A stretch of DNA of 64,000 nt, taken from contig NC_092677.1 of the NCBI RefSeq assembly GCF_964355755.1, forward strand, positions 23,919,175-23,983,174. Direction: 5' to 3'. A program made the translations under genes and the position numbers. This stretch comes from Antedon mediterranea. Its lineage: Eukaryota; Animalia; Echinodermata. The notes under the pieces are model-generated. The model searched no databases, was not told the DNA's origin, and saw nothing but the letters and a program-made list of their open reading frames with translations. This document shows, in pieces, positions 43,017 through 53,603 of the stretch (position 1 is the stretch's first letter; the number at the start of each line of letters is the position of its first letter).

Positions 43017-43123
43017 TTTTAGTCGCGTGTAACGTGACTTTATAGCTCGCTATGTCGGTCGGTTGGTCGGTCGGTGAACACTAACTTGAGCACGTGACTG
43101 GAGACATGTATATGGCCTTGTTT
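43017..43123 (+). mobile_element. HINE-like element copy
   Basis: Near-identical to 37681-37782. Confidence 0.65.
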
Positions 43124-43619
43124 AAAAAAAAAATCAAACAAACATGATGATTTACACATAAATGATGTTAATACTATCCGTGACTATTCAACGTATTATT
43201 GTTCTAATTTCATTTATCGGTCTTTTTAAGTTCTCTTATATTTTTATGGAAAAAAAAATGAATTCACACACAATGATGTTTTCAATTGTTAGTGTACATA
43301 ATAGCCTACATTCTTTTTCAATCATACTGTTAGAAATTTTTCAAATTGATTTGATAATTGTTTTATCTCAGGGAATGCTGTTGCGACTTTAGACCGTGAT
43401 GCCAAATGAATGAAAGTTACTATTCGTATTGCAATTTGGTTTCAAATTAAGTTTTAAATTTGTATACATTTCATTTGTCTTTTATTTATCTTTTCTTGGT
43501 TCTTTGTGTGTCAATCTCTATTGCAGCTCAAACGTAGCATAGGCCTACTGGGATTGGACATGTGAACTTGATATTAAGAAACACCTCCCATAACTGTTGA
43601 ATATCAACAGGGGCTGAAT

Positions 43620-43980
43620 TTGAACCAGAAGACCGGAGTAACCCTCTATTCACGAAAGATGCCCTGGATTCGTTTACTGTACCTCAATTGTAAGATCAGA
43701 CCTTATACAAATTATACTCCAAATGTGGTTTTTTTTATCCAATCAGTGCAATAGCAGACCTACTAGATAGTGATGAAGTTCTCTTCTTTTTAGGAATCCT
43801 GTCTCTGCGTGGTTTTGTGTGTTGTATTTTTCTTGTTCTTTGTACATGTTTGGTAAATTGTATATTTATGGGGACAAAAATTAAAATAAATGAAATGAAA
43901 AATGAAAGACTTGTTCTACCACCAGTACTATGGTGAGACTTGAACCTGCGCCGATATTTTGAATTTGCGGCCACTTGACT
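43620..43980 (-). mobile_element. Degenerate copy of the same Deu-type SINE, split by a LINE 3' fragment (about 43730-43905)
   Basis: 43633-43662 and 43907-43960 are reverse complements of the core and head of the 2866 SINE. The intervening piece has a T-rich 3' UTR ending aataaatgaaatgaa. Confidence 0.55.
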
Positions 43981-45261
43981 ATTTAGTATACATATCTTTC
44001 AATTTAAAAAAAATACAAAGAATTTAAATTTCCCCTAAGTTAGTTATGTGGTGATGATTGATAGCAGGCAAAGGCCCATACGTTTTTAAGTAGCGTTTAT
44101 TGATTACAGATTAAATTGAGCAATAATGTAGTAATGAATTTTCCCAATTGATTTTATTTGCACACGTGCATTGTTTGATAATCCGTTTGACTAATGAAAC
44201 CAAAAGGTATATAGAATGTCGGTTAGTTGTATTGCATTGCATTCTGCGCACGTGTCAGAACACGAGTCCGTCTATTTACAAATCACTTAATTAATATCAG
44301 GGTGATGAAATAGATACATACAAATCTGATTACTGAACTACCAAAAGAGGGATGTTATCGTCGTATTAGTGCCTTGGTCTAATATTTAACTGATCTTCGT
44401 TTGTGAATCTACTTAAAAGATCGTATTGGTTACTATATTTGAAAAACTTTTTCTTATAACAGGGGATATAAGTTGCTGAACAACTATTAGTATTGTGTAC
44501 ACATGATTTATCATCAATTATTATAGCATGTCATTAAATTAATATGGCCTGGAATAATATAAATCGATTATTTTACATTTTGTCTTTAAAAATTCACTTT
44601 CTAAACGTTAAATTTGTTCAGGTCTTTTTGTACTAATTTGTACTGCTGTATGCTAATTTCGCACACTGTAACAACTTTTTTATGTATGTGTTGAAATGAA
44701 ATTTAAAAAAAACAAAAAAAAAACAAAAAAAAACAAAAAAACTTTTATTTTTTTGGGGATACTCATCTCATTGAGAATGTTGCTAGGCTTACCAAGCACT
44801 AGTGCTAGTAACATGTTTGCCACGAGGAGAATTCCTTCTTTTTACAAGCATGTCCGCCGCAACTATCTGTTACGATCTACAAATATCACCAAAGGGAAAA
44901 AATCCTTGTTTAGTTTGATTTTCTGTTGTGTATTGTTTGTTGCATATATGGAATTTTTATTGTGACATAACGTGATCAATCAATCAATATAATTATGCTA
45001 ATATAATATTTTCTTGCAATTTTCCATTTTATTGGTCGAGAAAGTTGCCTGCTGTATGATGCAAGTCATTTTCTTTTAATAATAATTAATATGTAAAACA
45101 GGATTTTGTAGTGGTTTAGTTTTCCTATCATTTTTTCTAGTCTTTAGGCCTAACAATTTGTGTGCGTCGAAGGCTCGAGTTCGTATTTATTAGTTGTCAA
45201 ATGTTAGTAGGTTATGCTGCCCTTTAACAATGGGCTCAAAGTTTAGATGCAAAATATTGTA

Positions 45262-46415
45262 AGCAAGCAGGCTAGATGTCATTTTTTTAGATTTTTCATC
45301 TGCTTTTGATAAAGTACCCCATAAGCGTCTAATTAAAAAAGTTAACATTAGGCCTATTGGCTTAAACAAAGGTTTAAATAAATGGATTCAGAATTTTCTT
45401 TTAAATAGAAAACAAAGAGTTATCTATAGAGGTGAAGTATCGCATTGGAAGAATGTAATACCAGGGGTCAGTTCTTGGCCCTCTTTTGTTTCTATTGTAT
45501 GTGAGTGATCTTGAATATGGTATAGAATCTTCAATTTTTCAATTTGCAGATGACAATACCATTTCAAGACCTATCCATGAATTAGAAGACTGTATAAAGT
45601 TACAGAGTGATTTAAATAAGATTTATGAATGTTCAATTTTAAATAGGGCCTAAACTACCATTAAATGCATCAAAATGTGCAGCTATGAGTTTATCCCGGT
45701 GTAAAGATCCCATCATATTTGCTTACGATATCAATTCTGATTCAAACTACTTGGTGTATATATCAACAGTAAATTAACATGCCACTCTCATCTAGATTAT
45801 GTTTTGTAGTAAGGCAAGAAAACTTCTTGGTTTTGTTTCAAGATGTAGTAAAGCAATGTCTCGGATGGCAATGCTAAATCTTTACAAAGCACTAATACTA
45901 CCTGTTATGACTTACTGTTGTTGTATGTGGGCACCTAATGAAATATCTCATATGTATAGACTTGAAAGGGTTCAAAGAAAGACCACTAGAATAATTATGT
46001 ACAGTATTGAATATATATTTAAAGTGTAGGCCTATAGACTCACATTAGGTTTTAAAATAATGCATGGCCTCTGTCCCTCATCCTTTAATGAGTTTGTGAG
46101 ATCAAGTGAGAGGTGTGAAGGGCGGTTAATACATTTGGAAGGCTAAGACCAATACCTGTACATTTTTAAATTCATCGTTTGTTATTTTCCCTAGATTATG
46201 GTAGCAACTTCCCAATGAAATTAAACAATGTGCTACAATTTCAAACTTTAAAGCCCAACTCACCAAACATTTGATCTCAAAATATTAAGTTGTAAATTGT
46301 TTATATTGTTTATTCAGCTTATTTTTAATTGGTGTATCTCATTATAACTTTGTTTTGTTTTTACTTAATTTGTGCTACTTAGTTTTGTTATTTTTGTATT
46401 TTTTTTTTAATAAAG
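45262..46415 (+). mobile_element. Decayed CR1-type LINE (RT domain to 3' UTR)
   Basis: DVIFLDFSSAFDKVPHKRL..WIQNFL..RKQRV..G(SV)LGPLLFLLYVSDL..FADD..LQSDL..KARKLLGFV..LYKALILP..LERVQRKTTR..FPRLW..LP, with many frameshifts. Confidence 0.9.
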
Positions 46416-46571
46416 TACCGGTAAGCACTATGCACAGGAGGATCAGAGGACGTTCTTTTATAATTCTGACCCTTGACCCCGATTCGCTTCAGTGATTAAT
46501 AATACAACAACTTTTTAAATCCGGCTTATTTACTACCACACTCTCTAAAACAATGATTTTATCTTGTTGGG

Positions 46572-46801
46572 ATGACTTCAATTAACAGTAAAACTAGGCC
46601 TCTGGTCAAACAACCGTCAACACAGTTAAATTGTCCATTTTGCAAAAAACTTCTTTTAAATCCCGTAATCAGTACAGAATGTGGCCACACTTTTTGCCAA
46701 GCTTGCACTTGTAGGCCACTTGATACCGGTGATAAAGCGAACCCGGTTGTGTGTCCGGTGGACGGAAAGCTGATAAATCCCGATAATCTTGTTGTTAACC
46801 G
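46572..46801 (+). CDS. TRAF7: TRAF7-like E3 ligase, coding exon 1 (RING finger)
   Basis: CPFC..CGHTFCQAC..CPVD is a C3HC3D RING as in TRAF6/7, followed by LVVNR. In-frame stop at 46554 upstream of the ATG. Donor CG|gtaag, phase 2. Confidence 0.88.
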
Positions 46802-46831
46802 GTAAGACATTGTTAGGCCTAGCTTTTATAG

Positions 46832-47278
46832 GGAGTAGGTAGCAGTTAGTATAATTAGGCGGAGAAGAGGGTTTCTCCACACCCTGTTCTTTAATATGTA
46901 AGCAGGAAAAGGTTGTTTACATTTTGCAGTACTACTAAGGCCTAGCTAGCCTAGGGTAGGCCTACTTTACTACATCTAATAATGTAAAAAACATTTCAGT
47001 TTTTAGTACTGTAATTTAATTAATAAGCACATTTATTTTTAGAAGTTAACTGTAGGAGACTTATACTAGATAGGCCTAGCCTATATAATATACTACTACT
47101 AGCTTTATACTGTTAAACCTTTACAGGCTTGTTGATGACTTTTTGATTTGCATGCGTCTCTGACACAAGCATTTGCTTTCTTTGTTACTGTACGCCAGCA
47201 TTATGCACTTGTCAATTGTATGACCCACTATACAACCCCCGGGAGAGGTGCGTCATAGGTGCGTCATTTACAAATAAT
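46832..47278. repeat. Left arm of long inverted duplication (TRAF7 intron 1)
   Basis: Reverse complement of 48226-48655 at high identity. Confidence 0.95.
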
Positions 47279-47547
47279 TACTGACGCAGGGGTGCATCAA
47301 AAAACATAGATGGTACGTCAAATCAATGACCAACGGTGTGTCAATGTCCGTCACTTTACCACCCAAAATATCATAAAAAACATGGTCACAGTGCGTCAAA
47401 ATGGGTCGGTCATCATGGTCACCTAAAGGTAAGTCACATTATTGACCCATGGGTGCATCATGGTATTCATAAGGTATGATCCACATGGGACAAATGACGC
47501 ACCTCTCCCGGGGTTGTATAGTGGGTCATACAATTGACAATGTGCAT
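47203..47547. mobile_element. MITE-like element with about 54-bp TIRs and internal TGACGCA-like subrepeats
   Basis: atgcacttgtcaattgtatgacccactatacaacccccgggagaggtgcgtcat is inverted at 47494-47547. Confidence 0.7.
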
Positions 47548-47870
47548 TATTTAGAAAATAAATGTTATTTTGATTGATTGATTGAAACATCTTTAGTAAG
47601 GTACCATTGGAAAGATTAATAATATATAAAAAATAAAATGGTCTTTCATCTCATGTTTAGCTTTAGTAATAATTGGCTGAGCTATTGCATTTTAATCATA
47701 AAAAAAAATATATATTTAAATATGTCATTAATAATAATGTAGATTTTTATAGCACACCATATTCTCAAAAGTAAAAAGTAGAGAAAGTTGAGGATTAAAT
47801 GGAGTTGAACAGACACGTTTTGAGAATATATACAGTATTTTTATGCCAATTTTTTTGTTCAAACTTACAG

Positions 47871-48133
47871 AGCTATTGCTTCTCAGATTGACGATCTAGT
47901 AGTATACTGCCCCCATGGCATCACACGTCTTACATCTCGTGACTATGTTCCGGAAGAAGGCGGTTGCCCGGTACAACTAACAATAGCTGACATAGAGGAC
48001 CATGAGCAGACGTGCGAGTATGTTAAGTTAGGCTGCCCGAACAACGAAACCTTGTGTGGAACATTTAGAAAAAAAGAATTAGATGACCATGTTAAAGTGT
48101 GCCCTTATATGGCATGTAAATATGCAGAAAATG
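47871..48133 (+). CDS. TRAF7: TRAF7-like exon 2 (TRAF-type zinc fingers)
   Basis: ttacag|A acceptor. AIASQIDDLVVYCPHG..GCPVQL..DHEQTCEY..CPNN..C..LDDHVKVCPYMACKY parallels TRAF7 AVAEQIGELFIHCRHG..GCP..DHEGSCDY..CPNN. Donor G|gtaaac. 263 nt. Confidence 0.9.
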
Positions 48134-48225
48134 GTAAACATACAACATTTTACATCTCAATAATACTTACTTTTGATAGTTTGCACCATGTATGCTGGAT
48201 TTTTAAAGAGGTGGATTTTACTATT

Positions 48226-48655
48226 ATTATTTGTAAATGACGCACCTATGACGCACCTCTCCCGGGGGTTGTATAGTGGGTCATACAATTGACAAGTGCA
48301 TAATGCTGGCATAACAAAGAAAGCAAATGCTTGTGTCAGAGACGCATGCAAATCAAAAAGTCATCAACAAGCCTGTAAAGGTTTAACAGTATAAAGCTAG
48401 TAGTAGTATATTATATAGGCTAGGCCTATCTAGTGTAAGTCTCCTACAGTTAACTTCTAAAAATAAATGTGCTTATTAAGTAAAATACAGTACTAAAAAC
48501 TGAAATGTTTTTTCATTATTAGAAGTAGTAAAGTAGGCCTAGTACTAGTAGTAGTAGTACTGCAAAATGTAAACAACCTTCCTGCTTACATATTAAAGAA
48601 CAGGGTGTGGAGAAACCCTCTTCTCCGCCTAATTATACTAACTGCTACCTACTCC
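48226..48655. repeat. Right arm of long inverted duplication (TRAF7 intron 2)
   Basis: Reverse complement of 46832-47278. Both arms give the spurious ORF start MEKPSSPPNYTNCYLL. Confidence 0.95.
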
Positions 48656-48660
48656 TACTA

Positions 48661-49040
48661 ACTCTGCTTGGTCTGCACTCAAACTTGACAAAAAAAATGT
48701 TATGTGTCATAGTATCACTACCATATTTGGGCACATCACTACCATATTTGGGCACATCACTACCATATTTGGGCACATCACTACCATATTTGGGCACATC
48801 ACTACCATATTTGGGCACATCACTACCATATTTGGGCACATCACTACCATATTTGGGCACATCACTACCATATTTGGGCACATCACTACCATATTTGGGC
48901 ACATCACTACCATATTTGGGTTCATCACTACCATGTTTTGGCACATCACTACGATATTTGGGCACATCACTACCATATTTGGGCACATCACTACCATATT
49001 TGGGCACATCACATTAGTTTGATAGTGTAGACAGAACTTG
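48661..49040. repeat. MITE family A copy with its 21-bp subunit expanded to about 14 tandem units
   Basis: Unit catcactaccatatttgggca at 48714-49010; right end gatagtgtagacaga. Confidence 0.9.
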
Positions 49041-49858
49041 AGAATGATCCCATTCACCGAGGGGGATAAAAGTACTAAGTGGTAATTTATATTATATAAC
49101 AATGAAATCCTCCACACAAGTGCTGATCAAATTATTATAAAGCATTTATTTATAATTTGTTTTCAAATATCACTGGACCGTTTAGAATTTATTCTGTGCC
49201 TGTTAATTTATATAAAATATTCCGAACACAAATCCCTATAATTAAGTTAGTATGTATGTAAAAACATCGTCTGTCCGACACAAAAGCCAAAAAAATCCTT
49301 TTTTAGTAGAAAAGTTATACCATCGCTTTCAATCTTTAGCCACATCTTTTAACAATATGTCACTCTTAATAAAAAAATCACAACAAAATTTAGTAAATTA
49401 TAAATGTGTTAGCTTTGTGGAATGTGTGTGCAGGTGTCACCCTACTATGACAGTGTTTTAAATACTTAACATTATTATTACTTGATTTCAGAACTTCATA
49501 GGCTTTGTTAAACATCAGTTGTATCAAATATATTGTAATTGTATGTTCATATGGGGGAGGTTTTTTTCACACAGACTATATTTAACCTTAACAATCATTT
49601 TATGACTCATTTCCATCCTGTTTTGTAGTTTTGCATCTGTTGATGATGGATGTGAAACTGTTCTAAAGCTCTGTCCACACTATCAAAAAAGTGTGAAATG
49701 CCCAAATATGGTAGTAATATGACATCATCGTGTCCAAATATGGGCACATCAAGTTTTTTTGTCACATAAAGTTTGATAGTGTAGACAGAATGAATACCAC
49801 AATTCCCTAAAAGTCAGATAATTCTTACCTCTAACATTTGTTATTTTCTTTACATTAG

Positions 49859-49956
49859 GTTGTACATTTATAGGAGTCAATGACCAAATTCAAAATCACC
49901 AATCTGAGTGTAATTTTGCTAACAAAGAGCCAACATATGGACATTTGAAAGAAAAT
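49859..49956 (+). CDS. TRAF7: TRAF7-like exon 3
   Basis: attag|GT; GCTFIGVNDQIQNHQSECNF (TRAF7 has GCTFIG..HLETCRF); donor AAT|gtaagt; phases 1 to 0. Confidence 0.88.
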
Positions 49957-50005
49957 GTAAGTATATGTATGATACAATGTGCTCTAAATTACTCTATAAT
50001 TTAAA

Positions 50006-50285
50006 ACCCTTTTCACACCTGCAAAAATTAACAACTTCTAACAAGTTGTAACCAGGTTTGCATAAGTGTAAAGACAATTTTGTGGAAAATCTCCCCAAGA
50101 TTTTACAGGTTTTTTTTTAGATGTCCCAATTATTGGTATTAAACTGACCAATCATAGTAATCAAAATGCTTTCTTTGAGATTTCTCACGAAATTTCTATG
50201 AAAATGCAGTTTAAAAAATTAGGAAATCACACCTGGTTAACATTGATGAGTTGTATTAACATTTTAATGTATATGTGAAAAGGGT
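50006..50285. mobile_element. Short-TIR MITE (Harbinger-like)
   Basis: acccttttcacac..gtgaaaagggt termini. Confidence 0.45.
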
Positions 50286-50330
50286 ATAAGGCCCATTTAC
50301 ACTGGGCGATAACGATCATAACTAAACAAC

Positions 50331-50592
50331 CTAAAACAAAAGAATTTTAAAAAGTTTTCATCCTAGAACTATAGGATTATCATCTATGCTGCCTTTGATG
50401 AAATTGATATTTCCACATGTCCAATCAAATGACGTCTTGGTTAGTAAGAGCAATAATGATACGATTTTATTGTTTTTATTGATCATGTTGTCATTTGATT
50501 GGATTTTCAAAAATATTATTTTTATCAAATACAGCATACATGATTATCCTATAGTTCTAGGATGAAAACTTTTTAAAATTCTTTTGTTTTAG
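50331..50592. mobile_element. Foldback MITE with about 100-bp TIRs
   Basis: ctaaaacaaaagaattttaaaaagttttcatcctagaactatagga is perfectly inverted at 50547-50592, and pairing continues imperfectly inward. Confidence 0.85.
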
Positions 50593-51024
50593 CCAAGAAA
50601 AATGTATGTTTATCTATTTATCGTCAATTGTTATTGGCCTTTATTGTAAACTCCTAGATTTGTTTGCTCTGGCATCTGTGACATTCCAAATCTTCCAGGC
50701 CAATTCTACAATACCAAGTCATTCAATGTCCTACTATACATCAACTTATGTTCATACTTTAGCTTTTATAAGAAAGTAGATTTAAATATTTAAAACTACA
50801 ACAAACCATCTGCTAAAACAAAATTATATAGTATTTTTGTTTGTCAATCATGTAAACATAACTCATTTCGTTGCTATCATGCTAAATAAACTTATTGTAA
50901 ATTATTGTTTTTATATACATTGGCTGCTAATAAAATTTTAACCGAGACACATAGATTCAACTTTTCCATTGCACTGCCTACATCATTAAATTTTTGGTTT
51001 CTTTTAATTTGATATCATTTTCAG

Positions 51025-51146
51025 ATGGAAAAGTTAAGTGATGAGAATACATGCTTAAAGAAGATGGTATCTGAGTTAAGTGAACGGGTATCAACTTTAG
51101 AAGAGGAAAGAAGAACAATGGCTGCTTTGTTGCAGAAGTGTTCAGA
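51025..51146 (+). CDS. TRAF7: TRAF7-like exon 4 (coiled coil)
   Basis: ttcag|ATG; MEKLSDENTCLKKMVSELSERVSTLEEERRTMAALLQKCS shows a heptad pattern; donor GA|gtaagt; phases 0 to 2. Confidence 0.85.
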
Positions 51147-51235
51147 GTAAGTGACACTGTTTTTTGTTTTTCAATGTACTTAGCACTGGTCTCTGTTTTT
51201 TCACGCTGCTGCTCTAGCCAGCTACGTCCCATGAG

Positions 51236-52319
51236 CAGGGCCGTAGCCAGGATCTGTCAAGGGGGGGTTCGCACACCAAGTATTTGGGTCACCCCCCACC
51301 CCCATACCTACCCCCACCCCCATACCTACCCCCCCCCCCCCCCCGCTAGGGTGGGGCCTGAGGCGAAGCAAATTTTGTTAAATGACACCCCTTGGCCGGA
51401 AAAGACACTCTCATGCAGCATGCTACCAATGAGTAAAACGATCGTACTTGGACTCATGGACTATTTAAACGATAACATTTGTTGCCGTATGTTAGATGCG
51501 CGTGCTCTGTGCGGAACCGCCGATTGTTTGATCATTTACTCGATACTGTATTTTGTTTTGCGTTCAAGTTCAATGCGAACGTACGTCTAGGAGAAGCCCC
51601 GAAAAAAGCACACTGGGTGAAGGCAAAAGCAATTCTTATTATAGCTCTATCTATAATATTTATTTACAGCAATTTGTTGAGGAAATTAAATATGCCAATG
51701 TAAATAGGTGATATTGATACATTTGAGTACGTATCAGCTGGTGGTCTAGAAAAAAATAATCGGATGCCATAATGTGAACTACAGTACATGATACCATAGA
51801 TATTATAGTGTAAAATATTAATATTCACTATAATCCTCTATGATACATTATACTTCATAGCCACACATAAATACTGATGTATGTCGGAAGGCTATATACT
51901 TTATGCATGCTGCCAGTGATCTAAACAATTGGTACGCAGTTGTCTGGCGGTGTCCTTTGTACGAATCGTTTGTCCCCCAGCTTGCTGTGAGACGCGTCAA
52001 TATCATGTTACATGCAAGGACCAAACATTTATTTTTCAGGTTAAAATCCGCAATTCATTTGCAATTCTTTACAGACTATATCGCTCGAAGTACGCTCATA
52101 CAGGGAAGAAGGTACTGTATGAGTTATTCCGAACGAGTTTACGAATTTTTTAATTTACGAACAACTTTTTGTACTGTGGGGCACATATTTGGACGATTTT
52201 CGGAGATGAGGGTGAGGTATTGGGCATGTCGGGGATGGGGGTTCGCAGTCGGTTAAGGGGGTTCGCTGTAAAGGGGGGGTTCGCCCGAACCATAAAAACC
52301 CCCCCTGGCTACGGGCCTG
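51236..52319. mobile_element. Non-autonomous hAT-like element (hAT5-type 5-bp TSD)
   Basis: ATGAG|CAGGGCCGTAGCCAGG..CCTGGCTACGGGCCTG|ATGAG, with subterminal GGGGTTCG repeats and no transposase ORF. Confidence 0.85.
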
Positions 52320-53276
52320 ATGAGGACTACTCATTCATAAGCTAATGCAAGCAGCAGTTATAGTATCTAAGGCCGACAGTTTTGCGACTTTGTAAACTTG
52401 ACTATAATTTATAGTCCCAGCTGCTGGACCCAAAAAACGTCTGGGAAAAGAGTCTATGAGGGCTTACGGTTGAACGATTTTGGATTCTCGCCCTTTGATT
52501 GGTTGAATGGGATGAATTTTCATGAAGTCACGTTGTCTCTAGAGGGTATTCAGTTGCATGCCAACAGGTTGAGGTCACACACACACATAGCACATTAAAA
52601 TTCAAAATTGACCATTTTTAAATGGGCATGTGAATCTTAATTAAAAACTGTCTTTGATTTGTATGTATTTTTGCGATTAAAGGACATCTTTTTAATATTT
52701 AATCATAAATATCTGAAGATAGAACAATGATTAATTTTAAAATGTCGAGCAGCGTTTTTTGTAAGAAATATTTTTTGTTTTAACTAGACAAGAGGACCAG
52801 TAATATTACATTTTTACTGGTCCTCCAGAATATTAATACTGTTTGTACCTGAACATTAACTTTAAAAAACAAAAATAGTACATAAAATCAATCTTGTTAC
52901 AGTACAATTACAGTAGTTATTTAGAATTGTCATGGCACTGTATGTTGCCATCTTCTGAAAGTCAACTGCTTAAGAGAAGATAACTGTATTTCTTCCACAA
53001 AACAAGTGGAAATAATGGTGCTTGGCTCATACAAAGATAAAACATTAACGGAAAAACAGATATCAAAACAATTCTATCCTAAAGTTATCAATATCATGTC
53101 AAAAATTCAAATCATCAAAAAAATAGAAAAATATTATTATCTACCTACTCTGCGGTTGTACTGGATGATACTGGAATTTATTTATGGTCATAACTTTTTT
53201 TTTATATGTGGCCAAAAGAAAGTTTCATAGTGGTGCATAACATCTAGTAATCACCACAGTTCTGTTACCTAATATC

Positions 53277-53405
53277 AGGTACCTATTTGTATACCTGGGT
53301 GGAGAGAGGCAAACGTACTGTAAATAAATAAAGTGTCTTGCCTAAGGTTGCAAGCAATGCAACACACGTTGAATTTGAACTCATCAGAAGAACGTCCAAC
53401 ACAGT
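53277..53405 (-). mobile_element. Partial Meta-type SINE, antisense
   Basis: atacctgggtggagagaggcaaacg..tcttgcctaagg..caagcaatgc is the reverse complement of about 54948-55015. Confidence 0.75.
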
Positions 53406-53511
53406 GAGGTTTTATTTAGTTTAATTAATAGTTTTTTATTTTTTTTTATTGATTAACTATTTGTATTCATTTTATTTATTAGTGGTTAATATTATTACAA
53501 ATTCATTTCAG

Positions 53512-53603
53512 ATCGATTGAGAATTTAGAAGAGCAACAGCTAAAATTGCAGAAAGTTGAGCTTGTACGCAGAGCTAGAAACAGTTCTACCACCTCCCTAT
53601 CAA
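53512..53603 (+). CDS. TRAF7: TRAF7-like exon 5
   Basis: tttcag|A; SIENLEEQQLKLQKVELVRRARNSSTTSLS; donor A|gtaag; phases 2 to 1 bridge exons 4 and 6 exactly. Confidence 0.8.

Noticed and set aside
48607-49117. Four repetitive ORFs (SLPYLGT, GHITTIF and others) and a CRISPR-like look
   Set aside because: These are head-to-tail 21-bp units with no spacers, inside a MITE in a eukaryotic intron.
51138-52256. ORFs of 74-150 aa as a transposase
   Set aside because: No DDE, BED or hAT dimerisation motifs; the element is non-autonomous.
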